From a virus (Duplodnaviria; Caudoviricetes): 30,639 nt of DNA. The position numbers and the translations under genes were made by a program. Below, piece after piece: positions 1-8,113 of the stretch (its first letter is position 1; every line of letters begins with the position of its first letter). Location of the stretch: positions 1 through 30,639 of IMG/VR virus record IMGVR_UViG_3300030095_002569, one strand, 5' to 3'. The notes beneath the pieces are model-generated. The model did not search any database, was not told where the DNA came from, and saw only the letters and a list, made by a program, of their open reading frames with translations.

Positions 1-5
1 ATGGC

Positions 6-953
6 GTGGCTATCGGGGCAGAGGCTTTTAGTGTCGTTTGTCGGTTAGTAGGAAAACTTGGTGATATAGGTGATCTATCAGAAGAACTTACACCCTATTC
101 GGATGACTGTAGATTCACACTAATGAATAGGGTAAAAGAAGTGTTTCCAACAGCACAGTTCTACCCCTATAGAAGTAATAGAGGGCAACCTAGCCGTCGC
201 ATATTACATATGGGTTTCCCTAATTGCCCCGTAACCGTAGCTAGTGTTGGGTGGGGCAATTTTCTTGATAGCAATTCCGGTCAAAATCGTTTTGCAATAT
301 GGTCGCCATTTATTAGAAACAACAGATACGGTAATGGCGAAAGACAGTTTATGGCTCTTGCCAAAACCGAAAAACTTTTTGCCCAAAAGTTGCGACAGTA
401 TGTTCGCATGTTTTATCCAGAAGAACTAGCACTTGCTACAGATCACATGGTCTCTTGGCTAAAACGTACCAATAAATCCATTGTTGATACCCAACAAAGA
501 AAAGCGTTAGGTAACGTACAAGACTCTATGCGAGATGTAGAGTTTATTCATAGTGTAAGTAACTCTGTTAGACAGAACACAAACTTACAGTTGAGCGAAA
601 AAGTTCTGGAGCAACTAAAGGCTTACGAAGCAGCAAGGGATAAAGCCCAAACACTAAAACATTATTATGAAACCTATGGGCAAACTGTTATACAGGTGCA
701 TATTGACAAAGCCACTCAATCTCATACCGCAATGCTTTATCAGGAATATGATTGGGAAGATAAGTACTATTGTAAAATTAGTGACGGGCCGTTGGAGAAG
801 TTATCGAAAGAACTGCAAGCTAAGATAGCAACAGTAGATCTACTTAGTTCTGAAGAGTTTAAGAGTCTTCGCAATAAGCCTGATGGTCTTCGTTGGCATG
901 AGGGCGTGGGCACTGCGGCTGTGAAAGGTGAGCTATATTATCTTGCCCCCTAG
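6..953 (+). CDS. Hypothetical early phage protein, probably 5'-truncated by the window edge
   Basis: 315-aa ORF, frame open to the window start. C-terminus (L..ELQAKIA.VDLL...EGVG...LYY) resembles the next ORF. Confidence 0.8.
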   Translation: MAIGAEAFSVVCRLVGKLGDIGDLSEELTPYSDDCRFTLMNRVKEVFPTAQFYPYRSNRGQPSRRILHMGFPNCPVTVASVGWGNFLDSNSGQNRFAIWSPFIRNNRYGNGERQFMALAKTEKLFAQKLRQYVRMFYPEELALATDHMVSWLKRTNKSIVDTQQRKALGNVQDSMRDVEFIHSVSNSVRQNTNLQLSEKVLEQLKAYEAARDKAQTLKHYYETYGQTVIQVHIDKATQSHTAMLYQEYDWEDKYYCKISDGPLEKLSKELQAKIATVDLLSSEEFKSLRNKPDGLRWHEGVGTAAVKGELYYLAP

Positions 954-954
954 C

Positions 955-1026
955 ATGTATAGTGATAAGGTGTAGTAACAAAAAGTAATAAATGTTAAGA
1001 GTAAGTTGTTACTACACACTATACAT
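955..1026. repeat. Long imperfect inverted repeat (hairpin) over the start of the next ORF
   Basis: gtgtagtaacaa (970-981) pairs with ttgttactacac (1006-1017); atgtatagt (955-963) pairs with actatacat (1018-1026). Confidence 0.75.
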
Positions 1027-1251
1027 AGAGTTCGCTTTTGTTCTAACACTGATACCATCAAAGTATCAATAGTTGGAACAAAAAGCCTTGATGAAATAAA
1101 AGAGACTGTGTATAGTGCGGAACACGAACTACCTGATTTTATTAGACGTAAAATAGCAGTGTTAAAACTGTTAGCAGTAAACGGAAGCGTAGATGACGTT
1201 GGTTGGATGCTTGGTAATAATGTTTACTGGGTTTATGAAACGGCAAGGTAG
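1006..1251 (+). CDS. Hypothetical phage protein (LP..I..KIAVL.LL...VG...VYW type)
   Basis: 81-aa ORF, TTG start with weak SD, co-oriented with neighbours, similar to the C-terminus of the upstream ORF. Confidence 0.7.
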   Translation: MLLHTIHRVRFCSNTDTIKVSIVGTKSLDEIKETVYSAEHELPDFIRRKIAVLKLLAVNGSVDDVGWMLGNNVYWVYETAR

Positions 1252-1252
1252 G

Positions 1253-1335
1253 TATGCAAAGGCGGCTCGTTTTCAAAGGCGAGTGGTAGCGTCTTAAAAG
1301 TACATGCTTGGTGGAGCCGCCACCACTGGTGCATA
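1253..1335 (+). other. Structured GC-rich intergenic element
   Basis: tatgca/tgcata (1253-1258/1330-1335), ggcggctc/gagccgcc (1261-1268/1314-1321), agtggt/accact (1282-1287/1322-1327). Confidence 0.45.
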
Positions 1336-1386
1336 AACACTTAATGTACTTAACTACCACAAACATATTTAAAAAGGAGACGTAAG

Positions 1387-1578
1387 ATGTTTGATTATCG
1401 AAATCAGATAGTAGATATGCTAAACCAAGGATTTCTGCGCGAGGAAATTTTTTGGACGCTCAAAAAAGACCATTACTGGAAAAATTGGAACGCGAAAGTC
1501 CGTCAAGAATTAGCCGACCTCATTGCTCAAACAGATGAGCTAGACGTTTATGCTAAAGGCGTAGTGCCTCAGAAGTGA
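1387..1578 (+). CDS. Hypothetical protein
   Basis: 63-aa ORF with strong SD (AAGGAG) just upstream of the ATG. Confidence 0.75.
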   Translation: MFDYRNQIVDMLNQGFLREEIFWTLKKDHYWKNWNAKVRQELADLIAQTDELDVYAKGVVPQK

Positions 1579-1651
1579 TACAAGTTTAGCAGCGAGGTTA
1601 CTCCACTTACCTTTAGACATTGTGCCCGTCCGATGGCTGCGACAGACGGGA

Positions 1652-1677
1652 TTTGAAACCAGTTTTTGAAACCAGTT
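1652..1677. repeat. Perfect 13-bp tandem direct repeat (tttgaaaccagtt x2)
   Basis: Copies at 1652-1664 and 1665-1677, just after hairpin cccgtc/gacggg (1625-1650). Confidence 0.85.
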
Positions 1678-1698
1678 ACAGAAGGGTACGAGTAGCAG

Positions 1699-1881
1699 AT
1701 GAAAGAACATTATGTATGTAAGTTTTGCGGTACAAATGAACACGATCAATTCACACGTCGATGCTATTACGAATGTCGCAAATGCAGAGCAGCGAGGTCA
1801 AAGGACGTGCATTTCGGGGTACATACCAAAGCGTTGAAGAACCAGACGTTGGCAAGAATATATTGGAAGTTACCGCTGTGA
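1699..1881 (+). CDS. Small putative zinc-finger protein
   Basis: 60 aa with CKFC and CRKC pairs; stop overlaps the next GTG (GTGA). Confidence 0.7.
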   Translation: MKEHYVCKFCGTNEHDQFTRRCYYECRKCRAARSKDVHFGVHTKALKNQTLARIYWKLPL

Positions 1882-2099
1882 CTACTACCTTATATCTAGC
1901 AACCATTAACGCATGGTTTACTTTTACAGTATTTACTGGAGTATTTCAGATTGAGCAGTGCCTAGAAAGGCAACGGGATTTAGAAAAACGATTTGCCGTG
2001 GACGCAGTGTGCGTCACACGATTCAATGATTTCATCATGGTTAAGGAGGAGGGTAATAATGTTCAAGAGAATAGTTTGTGCGGTAGCGGTGTGTGCTAG
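1878..2099 (+). CDS. Small hypothetical protein with hydrophobic N-terminus
   Basis: 3' part of track ORF 1761..2099; GTG at 1878 is coupled to the upstream stop. Confidence 0.6.
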   Translation: MTTTLYLATINAWFTFTVFTGVFQIEQCLERQRDLEKRFAVDAVCVTRFNDFIMVKEEGNNVQENSLCGSGVC

Positions 2100-2473
2100 T
2101 TTGCAGGTTAGTGCTAGTGCTGAGACAGAATGTTTTCCAGTAACAGAAGTAGTTAAGGTAGTCGATGGGGACACCATAGATGTACGTATTCACGTTAGAC
2201 CAACTGACCTAGACATACTCGCGGAGTTGCGAATACGCATGGCAGGGATCAATGCGTGGGAGAGCAGGACGCGCAACGCTGCGGAGAAAGAGAAAGGATT
2301 AGCAGCGAAGGCTAGACTACAGGAGTTAGCAGAAGTACCTATCGGGTAAGGGAAAGTTTGGCAGGTGGATAGGTGTCTTGTACGACGGTGATAGAAATAT
2401 CAACGAGCAGTTAGTTCTTGAAGGTCATGCTCATCGGTACGATGGTGGCAAGCGCGAAGAGTTCAGTGAATGA
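2059..2473 (+). pseudogene. Staphylococcal-nuclease-like (thermonuclease) gene with signal peptide, split by a +1 frameshift at ~2344-2349
   Basis: SD AAGGAGG before ATG 2059. VVDGDTIDV, IRMAGINAWES and GLAAKARL lie in 2059-2349; GKFGRWIG, NINEQLVLEGHA and YDGG continue in the +1 frame 2345-2473. Confidence 0.8.
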
Positions 2474-2625
2474 TAATTAATATAAGGATTGACATGGACA
2501 CGTCGAATCCAGATGACATGGACATGATTGAGGATATTAAGGATCTTTTGTGGCGTTTAGGAGAAACCCATGACACCAGAAGCGAAGGTCAAGAAGAAAG
2601 TAGTCGAACAACTGAAGAAGATTAA
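2470..2625 (+). CDS. Small acidic hypothetical protein (51 aa, MIINIRIDMDTSNPDDMDMIEDIKDLL...), absent from the ORF track
   Basis: ATGA overlap with the stop of the SNase C-terminal frame; fills the gap before VRR-NUC. Confidence 0.55.
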   Translation: MIINIRIDMDTSNPDDMDMIEDIKDLLWRLGETHDTRSEGQEESSRTTEED

Positions 2626-2866
2626 AGCGTATTACTTCTACCCCATGACACACGGGTACGGTAGGAGTGGAGTGCCTGACATTGTGGGGTGCTTCGAGAG
2701 TTTGTTCTTTGGCATCGAGTGTAAGGCGAAGGGTAATAAGCCCACGGCTTTACAGCAGAAAAATTTAGATGAGATCACCAAGGCAGGAGGCATTGCCCTT
2801 GTCATTGATGAGCACAACGTCGATCAAGTGATCGAGCTAATTACGGAAGGATATTGGGACAAGTGA
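2570..2866 (+). CDS. VRR-NUC domain nuclease (Holliday junction resolvase-like)
   Basis: TPEAKVK, GVPDIV, IECKA, PTALQ motifs; SD AGGAG. Confidence 0.9.
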   Translation: MTPEAKVKKKVVEQLKKIKAYYFYPMTHGYGRSGVPDIVGCFESLFFGIECKAKGNKPTALQQKNLDEITKAGGIALVIDEHNVDQVIELITEGYWDK

Positions 2867-3117
2867 CGGAGATAAACATTGTGGAGCAAGTAGATATGGT
2901 AGACCACCCACCACATTATACAGTGGGAGAGGTGGAGTGTATTGATGCGATCAAAGCATCTATGACACATGAAGCATACATGGGGTATCTCAAGGGAGCT
3001 TGCCTAAAGTACTTGTGGAGATATACATATAAGAAAAAACCGATTGAGGATATTGATAAAGCTATCTGGTATTTGACACGGTTGCGTGGAGAGTTGGATG
3101 GATCTGATAACGGTTGA
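2863..3117 (+). CDS. DUF3310 (SaV-like) protein
   Basis: DMVDHPPHY, ECIDAI, KYLWRY, EDIDKAIWYL; GTGA overlap start at 2863 (track start 2854). Confidence 0.9.
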   Translation: MTEINIVEQVDMVDHPPHYTVGEVECIDAIKASMTHEAYMGYLKGACLKYLWRYTYKKKPIEDIDKAIWYLTRLRGELDGSDNG

Positions 3118-4924
3118 TTTTGAAACCTACTATGACAAGGACTTCTCGTTATCTAAGATAACCACAGAGGAATATGTACGTAGCAGACTCTTTGAAGTTA
3201 TTGGCGTAGCGATCAAGGTCAACAACGGGCCGACAGAGTGGGCAAGTGGCTCTGAAGAGGCCATACAGGATTATCTCAACGAGTTTAACTGGCAGAACAG
3301 TATGGTGGTTGCTCACAACACCATGTTCGATGGCGCAATACTGAATTGGAGATTCGGGGTAAACCCTAAAGTCTGGGCAGACACAATGTGCATGTCACGC
3401 GCATTACATGGCGTGGACGTTGGGCAATCTTTGAAAGCAGTCGCAGAGCGATACGGGGCAGGAGTCAAAGGCACAGAAGTACTTGCTGCGAAAGGTATGA
3501 AGCGAGAGGACTTCTCAGACACAGAACTTAGTCGCTACGGGGACTACTGCATCAACGATGTAGAACTCACCTACAATCTGTTCGCTAGGATGTTGAAAGG
3601 TTTTCCCAAGCAAGAATTAAAAATTATTGATTTGACGTTGCGAATGTTCATCGATCCTATATTGGATTTAGATTTGGGGTTATTAGAAGAACATCTGCTA
3701 GACACGAAAGAACGGAAAGACCGATTACTGGAGGACGCAGGAGTTACCAAAGAGGAACTGATGAGTAACCCCAAGTTCGCAGAAGTACTTACTGAGCTTG
3801 GTGTGGTGCCCCCAATGAAGATAAGTCCTACCACAGGTAAGGAAACATTAGCTCTCGCTAAGAATGATGAGGGATTCAAAGCCTTGGCAGAACATGAAGA
3901 TGTACGTGTTCAAAGTCTTGTAGCAGCTAGGCTTGGGAACAAAAGCACGTTGGAGGAAACACGCACTCAACGGTTTATTGATATTGCCAAGCGCGGCACT
4001 CTACCTGTTCCTGTCAAATACTATGCTGCACACACAGGTAGATGGGGTGGCTCCGACAAGATTAACATGCAGAACTTACCTAGCCGTGGGCCAAACGGCA
4101 AGAAACTCAAGAACAGTATTATTGCTCCCGATGGCTATAAGCTGATTGATGCCGACTCTGCTCAAATCGAGGCAAGGGTGCTTGCTTGGTTGGCAGGGCA
4201 GGATGATCTTACCGAAGCGTTTACCAATGGTGAAGATGTATACAAGAAGATGGCTTCTCGTATCTACAGTGTGGATGAGGCAGACATAAGTAAAGACCAG
4301 AGGTTTGTGGGTAAGACCACTATCTTAGGCGCAGGATACGGCATGGGTGCGGTGCGATTCCAAGATCAGTTGAAATCTTTTGGGTTCGACATGGAGCTAG
4401 ACGAAGCTAGGCGCGTTATACAAATATACAGGGATAGCAACTGGAAGATAGCGCATCTATGGCGTGAAGCTCAGAACATGTTAATCAATTTGTCGAGAGA
4501 AGATAACGCAACATTGGGACTACCCGGAGTTTTGGAAGTATCTCCGGGCGAGGTGGGCGTTAAGCTACCTTCTGGTATGTACTTACGCTATAACGACTTA
4601 GAAGCGGAACAGGATGAACGGGGCATACAGTTTACTTATAAGACAAGAAGAGGCCGCACTAAGATATATGGTGGGAAGGTTATAGAGAATGTTTGTCAAG
4701 CTATTGCACGTTGCATCATCGGGGAACAGATGTTAAAAATAGCGAAACAATATCGGATCGTGCTTACCGTTCACGATTCCGTCGTATGCTGTGTACCCGA
4801 AGAGAGTGTTTCGGAGGCACAGTCGTACATTGAAAAATGTATGCGGTGGACACCTGATTGGGCAGATGGACTGCCTATTGATTGTGAGTCGGGTGTAGGA
4901 GACAGCTATGGAGAATGTGAATAG
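3098..4924 (+). CDS. polA: Phage DNA polymerase family A with 3'-5' exonuclease domain, Leu762 type
   Basis: ExoI DFET, ExoII HNTMFD, ExoIII YCIND; HTGRWGG, NMQNLP; motif A DSAQIEAR, motif B RFVGKTTILGAGYG, motif C VHDS. ATG 3098 follows GGAG (track start 3086). Confidence 0.97.
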   Translation: MDLITVDFETYYDKDFSLSKITTEEYVRSRLFEVIGVAIKVNNGPTEWASGSEEAIQDYLNEFNWQNSMVVAHNTMFDGAILNWRFGVNPKVWADTMCMSRALHGVDVGQSLKAVAERYGAGVKGTEVLAAKGMKREDFSDTELSRYGDYCINDVELTYNLFARMLKGFPKQELKIIDLTLRMFIDPILDLDLGLLEEHLLDTKERKDRLLEDAGVTKEELMSNPKFAEVLTELGVVPPMKISPTTGKETLALAKNDEGFKALAEHEDVRVQSLVAARLGNKSTLEETRTQRFIDIAKRGTLPVPVKYYAAHTGRWGGSDKINMQNLPSRGPNGKKLKNSIIAPDGYKLIDADSAQIEARVLAWLAGQDDLTEAFTNGEDVYKKMASRIYSVDEADISKDQRFVGKTTILGAGYGMGAVRFQDQLKSFGFDMELDEARRVIQIYRDSNWKIAHLWREAQNMLINLSREDNATLGLPGVLEVSPGEVGVKLPSGMYLRYNDLEAEQDERGIQFTYKTRRGRTKIYGGKVIENVCQAIARCIIGEQMLKIAKQYRIVLTVHDSVVCCVPEESVSEAQSYIEKCMRWTPDWADGLPIDCESGVGDSYGECE

Positions 4925-5591
4925 TATTGCCCCTTGGTCGTTCAGTAAAGCCAAGGCGTTTGAAACGTGCCCGAAACAATTTTACCACGTAAAGATTTTG
5001 AAGGAGCATCCAGAGATAGAAACGGATGCCATGCGCTACGGGTCATTGATGCACGAAGCAGCAGAGAAGTACATACGGGACAAAGAGCCATTACCTGAAG
5101 GCTTCAAGTACATGCAAAATGCGCTCGATGCCCTCGCATCGTTTAAGGGTGAAAAGCTGTGCGAGTTCAAGATGGGACTGACAGACAGGCTAGAACCCTG
5201 TGGATTTTTTGCTGATAATGTATGGTGGCGCGGTATTGCTGACCTAGTAATACTTGACACGGAGAAGCATCGTGCAAGAGTGGTTGACTACAAATCAGGT
5301 AAGTCTGCGCGATATGCAGATAAGGGACAACTAGAACTAATGGCCCTTGCTATATTCGCGCACTTTCCTGTAGTGCAGGAAGTCAAAGCAGGATTGATGT
5401 TTGTGGTGTGTAACCAACTCATTAAGGATAAGTACACACGGAGGGATCAATCGTGGTTGTGGGATAAATGGATGGGTACTTACACTCGCATGACGAGTGC
5501 TATGGAGAACGAGGTGTGGAACGCTAATCCAAGTGGGCTGTGTCGAAATCACTGTCCAGTGACAGAATGTGTACATAACGGGAGAAATTAA
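4908..5591 (+). CDS. PD-(D/E)XK exonuclease, Cas4/RecB-like with putative Fe-S cysteines
   Basis: WSFS..FETCP, GIADL, VVDYKSGK, QLELMA, C-terminal C..HCP...C. GTG 4917 is an alternative start. Confidence 0.9.
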   Translation: MENVNSIAPWSFSKAKAFETCPKQFYHVKILKEHPEIETDAMRYGSLMHEAAEKYIRDKEPLPEGFKYMQNALDALASFKGEKLCEFKMGLTDRLEPCGFFADNVWWRGIADLVILDTEKHRARVVDYKSGKSARYADKGQLELMALAIFAHFPVVQEVKAGLMFVVCNQLIKDKYTRRDQSWLWDKWMGTYTRMTSAMENEVWNANPSGLCRNHCPVTECVHNGRN

Positions 5592-5881
5592 TGCCTTACA
5601 CGAAAAAGAAAAGACCTTACAAAAAAGAATATCAGCAACAAAAAGAACGGGGTGAACATGCTGATCGCATGGAACGTCAAAGAGCTAGGCGTAAGATGGA
5701 TGCGACTAGCCCTGACAAAAACAAAAACGGCAAAGCTGACAAGCGAGAAGGTAAAGATGTTTCGCACAAGAAAGCTTTGAGTAAAGGTGGTAAGAATAGC
5801 GACGGAGTTCGCGTAGAGAGCAAGGCGAAGAACCGTTCAAGGAATTACAAGAAGAAGTCCAGTGCAAATCGTAAAAGATAA
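5591..5881 (+). CDS. Small basic HNH-like protein
   Basis: DVSHKKALSKGGKN...VRV.S...NRSRN pattern; very K/R rich; TAATG coupling. Confidence 0.65.
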   Translation: MPYTKKKRPYKKEYQQQKERGEHADRMERQRARRKMDATSPDKNKNGKADKREGKDVSHKKALSKGGKNSDGVRVESKAKNRSRNYKKKSSANRKR

Positions 5882-7397
5882 AGCTGTACTACTTAAATTA
5901 CGTGACCCGGAAAAGGTTACGGGTATCATACCCAAGAGTAAGAAGTTACAGAACAATCATGTAATCGTAAACTGGGGGCTGGACGAAGCACACGTTCTAA
6001 AAAACCTTAACATTCAAGTGCCTTCCCCTATCGAATCTCACTACGAATGGACGGGACAGTACAAACCGTTTGAGCACCAGAAAGATACTGCTGCGTTTCT
6101 CACGTTAAATAAACGTAGCTTTTGTTTTAACGAGCAAGGCACAGGTAAAACCGCCAGTGCAATATGGGCCAGTGACTACTTACTGCGAGAAGGTAAAATC
6201 AATCGTGTGCTAGTGATCTGTCCGTTGTCTATCATGGACAGTGCTTGGAGGGCAGACCTATTTAAGTTCGCTATGCACCGCACGGTAGATGTGGCTTATG
6301 GCACCGCTGAGAAACGTAAAAAAATTATTGAGCAAGGTGCGGAGTATGTCGTTATTAATTACGATGGCGTTGAGATTGTTGCCGATGAGATAGCTAATGG
6401 CGGCTTTGACCTCATCATCGCTGACGAAGCTACACATTATAAAAACGCACAAACTAGACGTTGGAAAGTACTAAACAAACTACTAAAGCCAAACATGTGG
6501 TTGTGGATGATGACAGGCACACCTGCAGCGCAATCACCTCTGGATGCATATGGGTTAGCAAAACTTATAAACCCTAATGCAGTGCCTAGATTCTTCAGTG
6601 CGTTTCGAGATCAAGTAATGGTTAAGATCACGCAGTTCAAGTGGATACCAAAAGACTCTTCTGTAAACATTGTGTTCAACGCTCTACAACCTGCGATTCG
6701 TTACACCAAGGAAGAGTGTTTGGATCTGCCTGAGATGGTATACGTGAAACGTGAAGTGGAGATGTCAAGACAACAGAAGAAGTACTATCAGCAGCTTAAA
6801 GATAAAATGGTTATGCAAGCGGCAGGGGAACAAATTACTGCGCCCAACGCTGCGGTCAACATGAATAAGTTGTTACAAATATCTTGTGGCGCGGTGTACA
6901 CGGATGATGGTGAAGCTTTAGAGTTTGATATTAAACATAGATATAAGGTATTGAAAGAAGTTATAGATGAGTCGAGTAAAAAGGTTCTTGTGTTTGTACC
7001 TTTTAAACATGCGATTGACCTGTTGGTAGGTAAGTTAGAAAAAGACGGCATCACTACAGACATCATTCGTGGAGACGTGTCTGCACCGAAGCGCACGGCA
7101 ATTTTTAAGCAATTTCAAACCATGCCTGACCCGAAAGTGTTAGTCATTCAGCCGCAAGCTGCTGCTCATGGAGTAACGCTAACCGCTGCTAATACAGTGG
7201 TATGGTGGGGGCCGACAAGTAGCCTAGAAACCTATGCACAGGCCAATGCACGGGTACATAGGTCGGGGCAAGATCATAAATGTACAGTGGTGCAACTGCA
7301 AAGTTCTGCTGTAGAAAAGCGTATTTACTCACTGCTTGACAATAGAATAAACATTCACACAAAAATTATAGATTTATATCAAGAATTGCTTGACTAG
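5862..7397 (+). CDS. SNF2-family (SF2) helicase
   Basis: PFEHQ, QGTGKT, ICPLS, ADEATH, MTGTP, HGVTLT, QANARVHRSGQ. Confidence 0.95.
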   Translation: MQIVKDKAVLLKLRDPEKVTGIIPKSKKLQNNHVIVNWGLDEAHVLKNLNIQVPSPIESHYEWTGQYKPFEHQKDTAAFLTLNKRSFCFNEQGTGKTASAIWASDYLLREGKINRVLVICPLSIMDSAWRADLFKFAMHRTVDVAYGTAEKRKKIIEQGAEYVVINYDGVEIVADEIANGGFDLIIADEATHYKNAQTRRWKVLNKLLKPNMWLWMMTGTPAAQSPLDAYGLAKLINPNAVPRFFSAFRDQVMVKITQFKWIPKDSSVNIVFNALQPAIRYTKEECLDLPEMVYVKREVEMSRQQKKYYQQLKDKMVMQAAGEQITAPNAAVNMNKLLQISCGAVYTDDGEALEFDIKHRYKVLKEVIDESSKKVLVFVPFKHAIDLLVGKLEKDGITTDIIRGDVSAPKRTAIFKQFQTMPDPKVLVIQPQAAAHGVTLTAANTVVWWGPTSSLETYAQANARVHRSGQDHKCTVVQLQSSAVEKRIYSLLDNRINIHTKIIDLYQELLD

Positions 7398-7418
7398 CAT
7401 AAAATTAGCTAGTATTGT
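7390..7418 (+). promoter_or_regulatory. Putative sigma70-type promoter
   Basis: TTGACT (7390-7395), 17-bp spacer, TATTGT (7413-7418), at the gap before the second replication gene block. Confidence 0.55.
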
Positions 7419-7457
7419 TCGACTTCCCAGTGAGTTACTGGTGCGATGGAGAAAGAC

Positions 7458-7868
7458 ATGAGTAAAAAGAATATGAGCTTACCCAAGCTCGTCAAGGCGT
7501 TCCGCAACCTGCGGGATAAGCGCAGTGAGTTGAAGGCAGATTTTGAAGCTAAAGATAAGGCTCTTGTGGAACAGCAAGAGAAAATTCAAAGTTATCTGCT
7601 AACTCACTGCAATGAGAACGATGTGAACTCAGTTAAGACTGACGAGGGTACTTTCTATAGAAAGCGGAAGGTTAACTACTGGTGCAGTGATTGGGAATCA
7701 TTTCATAAATTTGTTCTTGAACATCAAATCCCCGAAATACTACAGAAGCGAATTGCTCAGAAAAACCTTGAGGAGTTTCTTGCGGAAGAAGGGAATGAAC
7801 AGCTTGTCCCTATAGGTTTACAGTCGGAATCTACCTACACAATTACGATTCAGAAACCTAGAGGATAA
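7458..7868 (+). CDS. Phage replication-module protein with N-terminal coiled coil, function unknown
   Basis: Coiled coil then SVKTDEGTFYR, DWESF, LQKRIAQ; ATG 7458 follows GGAG (track start 7446). Confidence 0.85.
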   Translation: MSKKNMSLPKLVKAFRNLRDKRSELKADFEAKDKALVEQQEKIQSYLLTHCNENDVNSVKTDEGTFYRKRKVNYWCSDWESFHKFVLEHQIPEILQKRIAQKNLEEFLAEEGNEQLVPIGLQSESTYTITIQKPRG

Positions 7869-7873
7869 TACGT

Positions 7874-8113
7874 ATGGCGAATAAATTTAATCGTTTACAA
7901 GAAGTTAAGAATAAAACGGGTCTGTCCGGGCCTTCAGTCTATAAACAAATCCGTTTAGGTTTATTTCCCAAAGGAATAAAACTTACACCTCGTGCAACAG
8001 GGTGGAGTAATGACGAAGTAGATGCGTGGATTGAAGCCAAGATAAGGGGTACATCGGACGAAGAGATGGCGAAGTTAATTTCTGATTTAGAAGACAAGAG
8101 GGCTTCTGTATGA
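7874..8113 (+). CDS. alpA: AlpA-family transcriptional regulator
   Basis: RLQEV..KTGLS..SVY..IR.GLFPK.IKL..RATGW...EVDAWI; SD GAGG. Confidence 0.88.
   Translation: MANKFNRLQEVKNKTGLSGPSVYKQIRLGLFPKGIKLTPRATGWSNDEVDAWIEAKIRGTSDEEMAKLISDLEDKRASV

Noticed and set aside
1761-2058. Long N-terminal extensions of track ORFs 1761..2099 and 1993..2349
   Set aside because: They overlap upstream genes; coupled GTG 1878 and SD-led ATG 2059 are better starts.
2489-2520. TTGACA as a promoter -35 box
   Set aside because: No plausible -10 at 16-18 bp and it lies inside a small ORF.
4908-5591. Cas4-like gene as evidence of CRISPR-Cas
   Set aside because: No other cas genes or array; solo Cas4-like nucleases are normal in phage replication modules.
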